Assembly: GCA_965223155.1 (NCBI GenBank)
Contig: CBDCVR010000014.1
Span: forward strand, 768,001 to 832,000
DNA length: 64,000 nucleotides
Source of the DNA: Candidatus Multivoradales bacterium
GTDB lineage: Bacteria; Acidobacteriota; Thermoanaerobaculia; Multivoradales; JAHEKO01
Direction of reading: 5' to 3'
Shown one piece after another: positions 27,945 through 37,584 of the stretch; the first letter of the stretch is position 1, and each line of letters opens with the position of its first letter. The notes under the pieces are model-generated. The model saw only the letters and a list, made by a program, of their open reading frames with translations, made no database searches and had not been told where the DNA came from. Position numbers and translations under genes: made by a program.

Positions 27945-30614
27945 CTAGAGCTTGACGACTCGCGGCGTAATGAAAATGAGCAGCTCTTCGTTCTCGTCGT
28001 TCCGGCGCTTGTTCTTGAACAGGTGCTTCAGGATCGGCACGTTGGCCAGACCGGGGACACGGTCCTCGCCCTGGTCACTCGTGACTTCATAGAGGCCGCC
28101 GATAACGGTGGTACCGCCGTCCCGGACGATGACCCGGGTCTTGGCGTCCTTGGTGGCGATGGGCGCGTTCGTGGCCCCGACCACGGCGAAGGCGAGCTGC
28201 GGCTCGCGCTTCTGAATGTCGATGTCCATGAGCACCGTGCCCTCGGCGGTCACATGCGGTGTGACGTCGAGCCGCAGGGTCGCATTGACGAATTGAACGC
28301 TCACGGTGTTGTTGGCGATGGTCTGGACCGGGATCTGGAGACCGCTTTGAATCGACGCCTGCTCGTTGTTGAGGGTCGTGATGCGCGGCGCCGACAGGAT
28401 GTTGATCAGACCCTCGGTCTCGGCGGCCTGGAGGATCACGTCGAGATTGAACGTGTTGAGAACGTTGCCAAGCGTAATGTCCAGAAAGCCACTGCGGCCG
28501 CCGGTCAGAAGCTGAACGCCGCCGTCGGCGGTGCCATTGTTCGGAAAGACCAGCCCCGTCGTGTTGCCGCGCTCGGCGCTCGAGATGCCGCTAAAGCCCC
28601 AGTTGATACCAAGGGTCCGGCTGAAGCGCTTGGTGGTCTCGATGATCCGTGCCTCGATCGTGACCTGAGGCTCCGGAATGTCGAGGTTCTCGATGACCGC
28701 GACCACGGTGTCGATCTGCGAGGGCAGCTCCTTGATGATCAGAGTGTTTGTGCGGTTGTCAACGATGACCGAACCACGCTCGCTCAGAATGCTGGAACCG
28801 ACCCCACCGCCCAAGATGCCCGCGATGTCACCAGCCGTGGCGTAGCTGACCCGGCGCAGGATGGTCTTGAGCGGAATCGCGAGGGCCTTGGCGGCCTCGA
28901 GACGCGCCCGCTCGGCGGCCTCCTGGCTCAGCACCGCGATCGGCGCGATGCGCATGATGTTGCCCTCGAGCTCGTAGTCGAGGCCGTTGATCCTCAAGAT
29001 CTGGTTGAGCGCCTGATCCCAAGGCACGTCAGTGAACTCGACGGTCACGGTGCCGGTAACCCCGGGCTGAACAATGACGTTGAGGCCGCTGATCTGCGCG
29101 AACGAGCGCAGGACATCCTTGATGTCGGCGTCCCGCAAAGTCAGCGTCATGGGCTCGCCGTAGTACTCGGTGACTCCCGAGATGGTGACATCCCGGGCTT
29201 CGAAGGCGGACTCCGGCTCGGTGGGTTCCTGAGAAAGATCGACCGAGACGTCGAAGAGAGACGCCGAGGGCGGCGTCTCGGCCATGGCCGCCTCACCGGC
29301 GTCCACGGAGTACTCCTCGACCGGAGCTGCCTCGGCCGGTTCCGGCTGCATGGGCTCGTTGTAAACCGGTTCGACGCGGGCAACCTCGACCGGCTCGTCG
29401 GGCTGGTCGTGTTCATAGGCCTCGTAGGACGGGGCCGGCTCGTCCACTTCGTCTGCCGCGGCCGGCTGCGGCGGCGCGGGCGGATCGTAGGTGTAGGCGG
29501 GCTCGATGTCGATGGCTTCGGCGACCGGCTCGACCTCGTAGGTCTCGCTCACTTCGGCGGCGTCCTCGACCACTTCTTCGACCGCCTGTTCGAGGGCCTC
29601 GGCTTCGGAGCTGTCTTCAAGCTCGGCACCCGCTTCGGCCAGGGTCACCGCGGCCGGCGCGACCGCAAACGTCAGCTTGAGCCCATCCGGCGTGGCTTCG
29701 ACTTCGGGCGCCACCGGATCCACGAGATCGATCACGACTCGCGAAACCAGCTCGGGCTGGGGCTTGTATTGGGCCACCCGCACACCGTCCACGACCTGTC
29801 CCTGGACGGCGATCGACGACACCGGCGAGGTGTTGACGACGCCAATCAAGTCGACGACAAAGCGATAGGGCTCCGACAGCGGAAACGTCGAGTAGTAGAA
29901 CGCGCCGTCCCCGGCGATCCAGATGACCGTCGAGCCTTCACCGGTGGTGACGTCGACTCCCTGAAGCTGGGTCGCGGGCACGCCTTCCGGGGTCTCGCCG
30001 AAGTCGGGATCGTCCGGCGTTCCGGCGCCCTGGAAGAGGGCTGCCGTGCGGACATGAGCACTTCCCAGTCCGGTGGAAGCCACGGTTGCGGTGCTCACCG
30101 GCGTCCCCACGGGATAGGCCGACTCGAAGGCCGCTCCCACGGGATCCAACTCGACGATCAGACGCTCTCCGCGCGGCACGACCGCATGCTCTACCGGGGC
30201 CGCGGTGTCGATGACCAGCCGGCTCAGCGGACGCTCGCCGGCGGCCGCGACCGTAATGACGGCCGAGCGCACCAGCCTGTCGGACAGGGTCCTCGAAGCG
30301 ATGGCGTCGCTGGGGGCGGCGTTGGGCAGCTCGAGCACGAGGTTGCCGCTGCTATCTCGGAAGCTGGTCCAGATGACCGGACCGCTGCTGGCGATCTCGA
30401 TCCTGCGCACGTCGCCTTCCCGCTCCAGTTCGAAGGACATGATTTCCCGCACCGCGGCGATGTCGAAGGCGTCCGACGCACCGGCGTCCGCTCCCCCTCG
30501 CTTCGCCGCCTCGGCGACGGTAGCGCCGAAAATCGTGGCCGCGAGCAGCGCGGGCACTCCCACATGCCACGCCCTCGACACGGCTGCGTTGTCTCCTTTG
30601 TTCTGACTTAGCAT
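27945..30614 (-). CDS. pilQ: Type IV pilus secretin PilQ (two AMIN-like domains, acidic linker, secretin)
   Basis: AMIN-like YRFVVDL...VRVAQY...SRVVIDL; MTLTLRDADIKDVLR, DVPWDQAL, DNRTNTLII, PQVTIEARIIE, GGTTVIGG, VPGLANVPIL, ELLIFITPRVV. Confidence 0.95.
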   Translation of the reverse strand: MLSQNKGDNAAVSRAWHVGVPALLAATIFGATVAEAAKRGGADAGASDAFDIAAVREIMSFELEREGDVRRIEIASSGPVIWTSFRDSSGNLVLELPNAAPSDAIASRTLSDRLVRSAVITVAAAGERPLSRLVIDTAAPVEHAVVPRGERLIVELDPVGAAFESAYPVGTPVSTATVASTGLGSAHVRTAALFQGAGTPDDPDFGETPEGVPATQLQGVDVTTGEGSTVIWIAGDGAFYYSTFPLSEPYRFVVDLIGVVNTSPVSSIAVQGQVVDGVRVAQYKPQPELVSRVVIDLVDPVAPEVEATPDGLKLTFAVAPAAVTLAEAGAELEDSSEAEALEQAVEEVVEDAAEVSETYEVEPVAEAIDIEPAYTYDPPAPPQPAAADEVDEPAPSYEAYEHDQPDEPVEVARVEPVYNEPMQPEPAEAAPVEEYSVDAGEAAMAETPPSASLFDVSVDLSQEPTEPESAFEARDVTISGVTEYYGEPMTLTLRDADIKDVLRSFAQISGLNVIVQPGVTGTVTVEFTDVPWDQALNQILRINGLDYELEGNIMRIAPIAVLSQEAAERARLEAAKALAIPLKTILRRVSYATAGDIAGILGGGVGSSILSERGSVIVDNRTNTLIIKELPSQIDTVVAVIENLDIPEPQVTIEARIIETTKRFSRTLGINWGFSGISSAERGNTTGLVFPNNGTADGGVQLLTGGRSGFLDITLGNVLNTFNLDVILQAAETEGLINILSAPRITTLNNEQASIQSGLQIPVQTIANNTVSVQFVNATLRLDVTPHVTAEGTVLMDIDIQKREPQLAFAVVGATNAPIATKDAKTRVIVRDGGTTVIGGLYEVTSDQGEDRVPGLANVPILKHLFKNKRRNDENEELLIFITPRVVKL

Positions 30615-30636
30615 GGACTCGCCTCCTGTCGCGAAG

Positions 30637-31200
30637 CTAGGGATCTAGCTCCTTGACCACCTCGCGGAACGGCTTGACCGCCGTTGGATCATCGACAATT
30701 TGTTTGAAGACCACCTCGGACGCGCTGATGCTGATGACGTCGCCGTCGTAGAGCTGGTCTCCCTCACGCAACAGATAGCTGGTCTCGGCCTCGGTCGAGC
30801 GAACCTGAGCCACCGGCCCCTCTCCGGTCACGAAGATTCCGGTCAGGTCGATCTCGTCGATCAACAGCCCTGGGATGCCCTCGGGCCGGGGACCGCGCAG
30901 CGCCGAGCGCTCGCGGACGATCAAGAGGGAGCGGAACGGATCGCGCCGCTCCCCGGGATCGTAGGTGTAGCCGTCACCCAGCAGCATCAGCTCTTCGTCG
31001 GCCAGCAGCGCGTCGGCCGGCATGCCGCCGTCGGCGCTATCTTCCATCCCGGCTTCCATCCCGGGCGCCGGATCATCGAGCGCGGCAATCTCGGCTCCAT
31101 CCGCCTGCTGGGCGGCAAGCGGCCGTTCACCGCCCACGCCCAGGGCGAGCCAGAAGATCGCGCCAGACAGCGAAAGAACCCAAAGCGCTCGACGGCTCAT
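30637..31200 (-). CDS. pilP: Pilus assembly protein PilP-like
   Basis: YDPGERRDPFRSL, IDLTGI, SYLLREGDQLYDGDVISIS; lies between pilO and pilQ; ATG 31200 overlaps the pilO stop. Confidence 0.82.
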   Translation of the reverse strand: MSRRALWVLSLSGAIFWLALGVGGERPLAAQQADGAEIAALDDPAPGMEAGMEDSADGGMPADALLADEELMLLGDGYTYDPGERRDPFRSLLIVRERSALRGPRPEGIPGLLIDEIDLTGIFVTGEGPVAQVRSTEAETSYLLREGDQLYDGDVISISASEVVFKQIVDDPTAVKPFREVVKELDP

Positions 31201-31787
31201 GGCGTAGCGGTCTCCACCTCTTCGTCTTCCTTGTAGACGAAGGTCTTGGCCCGGAAGCTCGCGGTAATCGTGTGGTCCGACTCCGGCCCGGTCAGGGCGG
31301 CGACCCGCAAGTCCTCGATATTGATGATTCGGGAAAAGCGGCTCACCCGCTCGAAGAAGGTCGCCAGGTTGTGGTACGTACCCTCGAGCTGAATCGCGAT
31401 CGGCCACTCGCTGTAAAAATCCTGCTCGACGAAGTTGCCGGGCGTGAACTTGAGGAGATTAAAGTCTCCTTGCTCGGTGAGCGTGCGCACGCGGCGCATC
31501 AGCTCCGGAGTGTTCCGGCGCACCGGCAGGATCCGGAGCAGCTTGTCCAGCTCGAGCTCCAACTGCCGCACCTCTTCGCGAAAGCGAGGGAGCTGCTGCT
31601 GGGCGGCGCGGCCTTCCTGAATGCGAGCCTGGAGACTCGTCACCTCGGACCGGATCCGCTCGATCTTTTCCTTCTTGGGCTTCAGCAGAAAGCGGTTCGC
31701 ACCGAAGAGGAGAGCGCCCGCCACCACGAGACCGGCGATGGCACCGTAGTACCAAGGCTTGCCTTCGAGGCCGGTATCGAACGCCAT
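31197..31787 (-). CDS. pilO: Type IV pilus assembly protein PilO
   Basis: One TM, coiled coil, QDFYSEWPIAIQLEGTYHNLATFFERVSRFSRIINIEDL; GGAGG RBS. Confidence 0.93.
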   Translation of the reverse strand: MAFDTGLEGKPWYYGAIAGLVVAGALLFGANRFLLKPKKEKIERIRSEVTSLQARIQEGRAAQQQLPRFREEVRQLELELDKLLRILPVRRNTPELMRRVRTLTEQGDFNLLKFTPGNFVEQDFYSEWPIAIQLEGTYHNLATFFERVSRFSRIINIEDLRVAALTGPESDHTITASFRAKTFVYKEDEEVETATP

Positions 31788-31789
31788 GA

Positions 31790-32404
31790 CTATCCCTCCT
31801 CCACCTCGGAAGGCGTGTGCGTGAAGTTGAACCGCACCCGGAAACGGTACGAAGCGCCACTCGCCTGGGAAGCGTCCATCAGGATCGGCTCGTGGAACTC
31901 GGGCACCCGGTCCAGATTCTCGATGAAGTTCGCCACCGCGTTGGTATTGAAGGCCTGGCCGGTCAGGGTGACGTTGGTGCCGACCACCTCGAGGCGATCC
32001 AGCCACAGCAGCTCGGGCAGGGCGCGCGAGATCATGTCCATGATCTGCACCGGACCCTGCTGATTGGCCTTGAGATCGCCGATGATCTGCACCTTGTTCT
32101 CGAGCTTGGCCTTCTTGGCCTTGAACTGCTCGACCTCCTCGATGATCGGGGCCAGGCGGTCGACCTCGGCCTGAGCCTCGGCGCGGCGGCCCTCCAGGTC
32201 CTTGACCTCACGACCGAGCAAGAAGTTGTAGCCCAGCGCGAGCAAGAGCCCGAGGCCGATCGTGGCCAGCAGCGCAATACTGGTGGGATCGAGGCTGGTG
32301 CCACCACCGCCACTACCGCCGCCGCTGCCACCACCGCGGCCGAACCTCGCCTTCTTGGCGGTGACCGGCTTGCGTCCTTCCGAGAGTAGGTTGATCTTGA
32401 TCAT
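31790..32404 (-). CDS. pilN: Type IV pilus assembly protein PilN
   Basis: MIKINLL cytoplasmic motif, TM, coiled coil, LPELLWLDRL, LTGQA, VANFIENL. Confidence 0.93.
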   Translation of the reverse strand: MIKINLLSEGRKPVTAKKARFGRGGGSGGGSGGGGTSLDPTSIALLATIGLGLLLALGYNFLLGREVKDLEGRRAEAQAEVDRLAPIIEEVEQFKAKKAKLENKVQIIGDLKANQQGPVQIMDMISRALPELLWLDRLEVVGTNVTLTGQAFNTNAVANFIENLDRVPEFHEPILMDASQASGASYRFRVRFNFTHTPSEVEEG

Positions 32405-32412
32405 CGCGAAAC

Positions 32413-33468
32413 CTAGTCGTCGATCTTTCTCGCTGCAAGTCCAACGGCGACGGTCAGCATGGGGGCCACGGCCTCCAGCCAGTCACCGTCGAAGTCGCTT
32501 TCCCGATACTGCACCCGTCGGAGCGGGTTCATCACCTCGGTGGCCACGTTGAACCGATCCTGCAGCACTTCGCGCAAGTTGGGAGTCAAAGCGCAGCCCC
32601 CGGACAGGACGATATTCGAAACCCGGTCGTCCGAGGAGGTCGCCCCGAAGAAATCAAATGTCTTCTGAATCTCGGCGGCAAGCTCGGTTGAGACCGCCTC
32701 CAGAATCGCCCGCGCCTCGGATTGGGAGCAGCCTGGGACCTGCTCGCCCCGCTTGAGCCGCTCGGCCTGTTCGAAGGACAGGCTGTACTCGCGCTGCAGG
32801 GCCTCGGTGAACTGATTGCCGCCGAAGGAAATGTCGCGCCAGAAAACGGTCGCGGCCCGGGCCAGGATGTTGATCGTGGTCACGCCGGCACCCATGTTGA
32901 TGAGCGCGACGACGCCCTCGTCGTCAATGTCGTGGTTGAGCTCGTAGGCGTTCTGGACGGCGAAAGCGTCCACGTCCACGATGGCGGGAGTCTTGCCCGC
33001 CTGACTGATCACCGACACGTAGTCGTTGACCTTGTCACGCTTGACCGCGACCAGCAGCACCTCCATGCTGTCCTGGCCGGGCAGATCGTCCGAGAGCACG
33101 ATGTAGTCCAGACGAACGTCGTTGATGTCGAACGGAATGTACTGCTCCGCCTCCCACTGGATGGAGTCCGACATCTCCTCGGGCGACATGCTCGGAACCT
33201 GGATCTTCTTGATGATCACCGAGTGCCCGGACAGCGACGTCGCGTAGTTGTTGGTCTTGACGCCGCTCTCTTCGGCCAGCTTGTTGACCGCGTCCACGAC
33301 CAGCGACGAATCCATGATGGAGCCGTCCACGATCGCATCGGGCGACAGCGGCTCAATACCGACTCGTTGCAAGTGCAACTCACCCTTGCGGTCCTTGAGC
33401 TCTACGAGCTTGACCGACGAGCTGCCGATATCTAGGCCTATGACACTTTTTGCACGCGAAAACAACAC
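32413..33468 (-). CDS. pilM: Type IV pilus assembly protein PilM (actin-like)
   Basis: IGLDIGSSSVKLVEL, WEAEQYIPF, VLLVAVK, VDVDAFA, GGNQFT, LSGGCA, AVGLA. Confidence 0.96.
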   Translation of the reverse strand: MLFSRAKSVIGLDIGSSSVKLVELKDRKGELHLQRVGIEPLSPDAIVDGSIMDSSLVVDAVNKLAEESGVKTNNYATSLSGHSVIIKKIQVPSMSPEEMSDSIQWEAEQYIPFDINDVRLDYIVLSDDLPGQDSMEVLLVAVKRDKVNDYVSVISQAGKTPAIVDVDAFAVQNAYELNHDIDDEGVVALINMGAGVTTINILARAATVFWRDISFGGNQFTEALQREYSLSFEQAERLKRGEQVPGCSQSEARAILEAVSTELAAEIQKTFDFFGATSSDDRVSNIVLSGGCALTPNLREVLQDRFNVATEVMNPLRRVQYRESDFDGDWLEAVAPMLTVAVGLAARKIDD

Positions 33469-33539
33469 GGGGCGTTTTCCTCGGACGAAAAAATCCTTAT
33501 CTAATGCTACTTAAGTAACGAAACCTGAAGCAACTCCGC

Positions 33540-33569
33540 AAGCTACACATGAATGCTATACCGTGTCAA
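33540..33569 (-). promoter_or_regulatory. Sigma70-type promoter of the pilMNOPQ operon
   Basis: Minus strand TTGACA (33564-33569), 18-nt spacer, TAGCTT (33540-33545), in an AT-rich intergenic region. Confidence 0.6.
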
Positions 33570-33699
33570 GACATGGATGCACTGTGGCCCGGACAAGCGG
33601 GCTCGTCCTGACGCCGGCACTTCGGAGCCACCGCCGGCTAGAGCCTGGCGCCATATGGTGAATTCTGCTACCATCCGCGCTCCCTTGGAGGAGTTCTCG

Positions 33700-33933
33700 A
33701 TGCCTAAGCAGTGCAGCATTTGTGGAAAGAAAACGGTCATCGGTCGTCAGATCAGTCACGCTCACAACGTCTCCGCCAAGACCCGGCGGCCCAACTTGCG
33801 TCGGGTCCGTGCCGTCGTTGATGGCTCCGTTAGGCGCATCCTGGTGTGCGCGCGCTGCCTTCGCAGTGGCAAAGTCCACAAGCCCGAGCCGCGGACGTGG
33901 AGCCCGGCCGGCGCCGACGAAGCCGAAAGCTAG
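33700..33933 (+). CDS. rpmB: 50S ribosomal protein L28 (zinc-binding C+ type)
   Basis: GGAGGAG RBS; MPKQCSICGK...GRQISHAHN...PNLRRVR...VCARCLRSGKV. Confidence 0.95.
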   Translation: MPKQCSICGKKTVIGRQISHAHNVSAKTRRPNLRRVRAVVDGSVRRILVCARCLRSGKVHKPEPRTWSPAGADEAES

Positions 33934-33970
33934 TGCGGCCACCTAGCCGGAACCGTCGTGGGAAGACAGG

Positions 33971-36211
33971 CTAGTCAGGTTCGGCCAGCAGATTTCCCAT
34001 CGGCCGGTTGACCTCCAAGACGCCCGGCACTCCCAGGAGGGCCTTGCGGAGCCGTTCGAGCTGCGAACGGTTGCGCACCTCGACCAGGACCTGGATCTGG
34101 CCGTGGCCTGTCTCGACAGTGTCGGCCTCGAAGTGCCGGATATTGCCGTCGAACTTGGCGATGGCTTCGGTCAGCTTGGCCAGCATTCCCTGCTGGTCCT
34201 CGGTCTGAATGACCAGCCCGACCGGAAAGACCTCCTCGGTCGATCGCGACCACTGCACGTCGATTTCGCGGTCGGGGTTGTAGAGGAGGTTCCGTACATT
34301 CGAGCAATTGACCGAGTGCACCGACACCCCCCGGCCCCGGGTGATGTAGCCGACGATCTCGTCACCGGGCAACGGATTGCAGCACTTGGCGAGATAGGCC
34401 AGCAGGTCCTCGGCGCCACTCACGGTGACGGCGTCGGCGCCGAAGGGCAGGATCTTGGCGACCGCGGTCCGCAGGCGGCCCGGCTTGCCCTCGACGGTGG
34501 CAAGCTCCTCACGGCTCAACGTCCGGTCGAGCAGGTTTCGCACCACGACCTTGCCGAACCCGATCCGGCTCAAGAGGTCGTCGCCATGGCCGATGCCTTC
34601 GGTCGAGAGGTACTTGCCAAGAGCCTCCGATTCGAGGAACCGCTTGAGGCTCATCTTGTGGCGCTTGAGCTCCCGCTCCAGCTGGCGGCGGCCGATCTCG
34701 AGCGCTCGCTTCTTTTGCTCGGTGCTGAGCCAGTGGCGAATCTTGCTCTTGGCCCGCGAAGTTCCGACGAAGCTGAGCCAGTCCCGGGACGGTTTGCGAG
34801 ACGGATGGGTCACGATCTCGACGATGTCGCCGTTTTGCAGGTGGCTCTTGAGAGGAACCAGCTTGCCGTTGACCCGCGCTCCCGCGCAGTGGTGGCCGAG
34901 CTCGGTGTGAATCTTGTAGGCGAAATCGAGCGGCGTTGCGCCGCGGGGAAACGACAGTACCTGCCCTTTCGGAGTAAAGGCGTAGACCTCGTCCGGATAG
35001 AGATCCAGCTTCAGCGTGGTCATGAAGGCCCGCGGATCTTCGACGTCGTTCTGCCACTCTAGGAGCTGGCGCAGCCACGAGACCTTGTGCTCGCCACTCT
35101 CGCTCTCGAGCTCACCCTCTTTGTACTTCCAGTGGGCGGCGATGCCCTCCTCGGCGATCACGTCCATGTCGCGGGTGCGGATCTGCACCTCGAAGGGCTG
35201 CCCGTTCTCGACCACCACGGTGGTGTGGAGCGACTGATAGAGATTCGGCTTGGGCATCGCGATGTAGTCCTTGAACCGGCCCGGAACCGGTCGCCAGTTC
35301 TGGTGCACCACGCCCAACGCGGCATAACAGTCGCGCATTTCTTCGGTGATGATGCGAAACGCCAGGTAGTCGTAGAGTTGCGCCAGCTCGATGCCCTGGC
35401 GCCTGAGCTTGGCCTGAATCGAGTAGTAGCGCTTGATCCGGTAGCTGATCTCCGCCTCGATCCCCGCCTCTCCGAGCCGCTCCACGATGTGGGCGCGAAT
35501 CGTCTCGATGGCGCTCCGCCCCACTTTCATCTTCTCGTCGACCTTTGCCCGTAGGGCGCCGTACTGGAGGGGATGCAGGTGGAAAAAGGCCAGGTCCTCA
35601 AGATCTCCTTGCACCTTGGACATGCCCAGGCGGCGAGCGATCGGAGCGTAGATCTCCAGCGTCTCGCGGGCGATCCGGCGACGGGAATCGGGCGCCATAT
35701 GTTCGAGGGTCATCATGTTGTGGAGCCTGTCCGCCAGCTTCACCAGAATGACCCGGATGTCCTGGGCCGAGGCCAGGATCAGCTTGCGGAAGGTTTCGGC
35801 CTGGGCGTGATCCCGGCGCACGTATTCGTGCCGCCCGATCTTGGTGACGCCGTCGACCAGCGCGGTCACTTCCTCGCCGAAACGCTCGGCCACGGTCGCG
35901 CGCTTGGTCAGCGTATCTTCGAGCACATCGTGCAACAGGCCGACCGCCACCGAGGTTTGATCGGCCCGGAAGCTGGCCAGAAAGTACGCCACGTAGAGCG
36001 GATGAATCAAGTAGGGCTCGCCCGAGCGGCGCGTCTGCTCGGCGTGCATTTCGGCAGAGAACTCGTAGACGTCGCGCAGGAAGGCTTCGTCTGGGCTCCG
36101 GCCTTGACGCCGCATCTCGGCCAGGACATCCTCGAACTCGACCCGCTTTCTGGGCGGCGCGACGGGTGGCGGCGTGGCCCGGTTGACCAGGCGCTCTCTT
36201 AGGCTCGGCAT
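33971..36211 (-). CDS. rel: Bifunctional (p)ppGpp synthetase/hydrolase (Rel)
   Basis: RRSGEPYLIHP, intact LLHDVLED, KLADRLHNM, RFKDYIAMPKPNLYQSLHT, TGS domain, AKCCNPLPGDEIVG, C-terminal ACT; TATAAT at 36271-36276 upstream. Confidence 0.96.
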   Translation of the reverse strand: MPSLRERLVNRATPPPVAPPRKRVEFEDVLAEMRRQGRSPDEAFLRDVYEFSAEMHAEQTRRSGEPYLIHPLYVAYFLASFRADQTSVAVGLLHDVLEDTLTKRATVAERFGEEVTALVDGVTKIGRHEYVRRDHAQAETFRKLILASAQDIRVILVKLADRLHNMMTLEHMAPDSRRRIARETLEIYAPIARRLGMSKVQGDLEDLAFFHLHPLQYGALRAKVDEKMKVGRSAIETIRAHIVERLGEAGIEAEISYRIKRYYSIQAKLRRQGIELAQLYDYLAFRIITEEMRDCYAALGVVHQNWRPVPGRFKDYIAMPKPNLYQSLHTTVVVENGQPFEVQIRTRDMDVIAEEGIAAHWKYKEGELESESGEHKVSWLRQLLEWQNDVEDPRAFMTTLKLDLYPDEVYAFTPKGQVLSFPRGATPLDFAYKIHTELGHHCAGARVNGKLVPLKSHLQNGDIVEIVTHPSRKPSRDWLSFVGTSRAKSKIRHWLSTEQKKRALEIGRRQLERELKRHKMSLKRFLESEALGKYLSTEGIGHGDDLLSRIGFGKVVVRNLLDRTLSREELATVEGKPGRLRTAVAKILPFGADAVTVSGAEDLLAYLAKCCNPLPGDEIVGYITRGRGVSVHSVNCSNVRNLLYNPDREIDVQWSRSTEEVFPVGLVIQTEDQQGMLAKLTEAIAKFDGNIRHFEADTVETGHGQIQVLVEVRNRSQLERLRKALLGVPGVLEVNRPMGNLLAEPD

Positions 36212-36356
36212 GTTTCGAAGGGACGCCAGCGGCGGGTCCCGCACCGGGCGCCCGCCTGGTCCCCGAACGAATTATAGGCTCCGCCGGAAGCCCGGCCGAA
36301 CGTCACCAACGGTCCCCGCGCGGCCGGCGTCCCCGGGGGCGTTGACGGATCCCCGC

Positions 36357-37541
36357 CTAGGAAGCCGCGGCCCGGCTTTCCCGCCGGCGGGTCTTGGCGG
36401 CGCGGCCGAAGTACTTCTCCCAAAGCAGGGCGAAGGGGCTGGCCACGTACATCGAGGAGTAGGTACCGACGATGACGCCGATGGTCAGGATGAAGGCAAA
36501 GCCGCGCAGAACGTCCCCACCCAGGAAAAGGAGACAGCCGACCACGATGAGGGTGGTGCCGGAGGTGAGGACGGTCCGCGACAGAGTCTGGTTGAGGCTC
36601 AGGTTCATCGTCTCCTCGAGCGAGCTCGACCGCGAACGGCGTAAGTTCTCGCGCACGCGGTCGAACACCACGACCGAGTCGTTGACCGAATACCCGACCA
36701 AAGTCAGAAAGGCGGCCACCGTCGTCAAGTTGAACTCGAAGCCGGCCAGAGCATAGAGACCGAGCGTGATCAAGACGTCGTGCACCACCGCCACCAAGGC
36801 ACCGATGCCGAAGCGCAGCTCGAACCGGAACCAGATGTAGGCAAGCATGCCCAGAAGTGAAAGAACGATGGCGTAGATGCCCTTCTGGCGCAGCTCGGAA
36901 CCCACCTGGGGACCCACGTTCTCAGCCCCGAGGACCGTGAACTCTCCAAGCCTCATAGCCTCGCTCAGCACCGACGCGGTCTGCTCTGAGACGCCGTTCA
37001 GCCCGGCCAGCTCCGACCAATCAACGATCAGACCCTGCGCCCGACGGTGGGCCAGGATGGCGTCAACCGCGGCTCCGTAGGGCTCACCCTCGGCCACGCT
37101 CGCGGGATCCAGAAGGCCGTCGGGATCGTGCCGATCCAGGAGCTCGAGGAATCCGAGCCGGCCTGTTTGATTGGCGTCCGGCCGCCCATCAGCCGCGAAA
37201 GCCTCTTCGAGGGCCTGGACGATCAGCTCGCGGCTACCTTCCTCGCTGCCCTCCGTAACGGGAGCCTTGATCAGGATCTCGTTGTCGCCGACCGAACCGA
37301 AGCTCTGGATCACCGCGTCGTCTACGCCCGCGGCTTCCACCAGCCGGCGCAGCTCCTCGACCTCAGGTTGGTCGGCGAACTTGAGGGTCAGTTGGGTGCC
37401 GCCGGCGAAGTCGATGCCCAGATTCAACCGGTCCTGAACGAAGAGAATGATCACCGCCGCGGTCAGGAATGCCAGGGACACGAGTACCCAGTACTTGCGG
37501 TACTTCATGAACTGAATGTTGGTATGGCGAAGGATTTCCAT
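36357..37541 (-). CDS. secF: Protein translocase subunit SecF, with an ~80-aa periplasmic insert
   Basis: NLGIDFAGG, VGPQVGSELR, YIWFRFE, HDV, GYSVNDSVVVFDRVREN, QTLSRT, GTYSS. Confidence 0.96.
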   Translation of the reverse strand: MEILRHTNIQFMKYRKYWVLVSLAFLTAAVIILFVQDRLNLGIDFAGGTQLTLKFADQPEVEELRRLVEAAGVDDAVIQSFGSVGDNEILIKAPVTEGSEEGSRELIVQALEEAFAADGRPDANQTGRLGFLELLDRHDPDGLLDPASVAEGEPYGAAVDAILAHRRAQGLIVDWSELAGLNGVSEQTASVLSEAMRLGEFTVLGAENVGPQVGSELRQKGIYAIVLSLLGMLAYIWFRFELRFGIGALVAVVHDVLITLGLYALAGFEFNLTTVAAFLTLVGYSVNDSVVVFDRVRENLRRSRSSSLEETMNLSLNQTLSRTVLTSGTTLIVVGCLLFLGGDVLRGFAFILTIGVIVGTYSSMYVASPFALLWEKYFGRAAKTRRRESRAAAS

Positions 37542-37584
37542 GTCCGGTATCCGATGTTCGGCTAGTTGACGGGGACGCGGCCTG

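Noticed and set aside
28023-30611. 862-aa plus-strand ORF opposite pilQ
   Set aside because: Exact antisense mirror of pilQ; reflects stop-codon scarcity.
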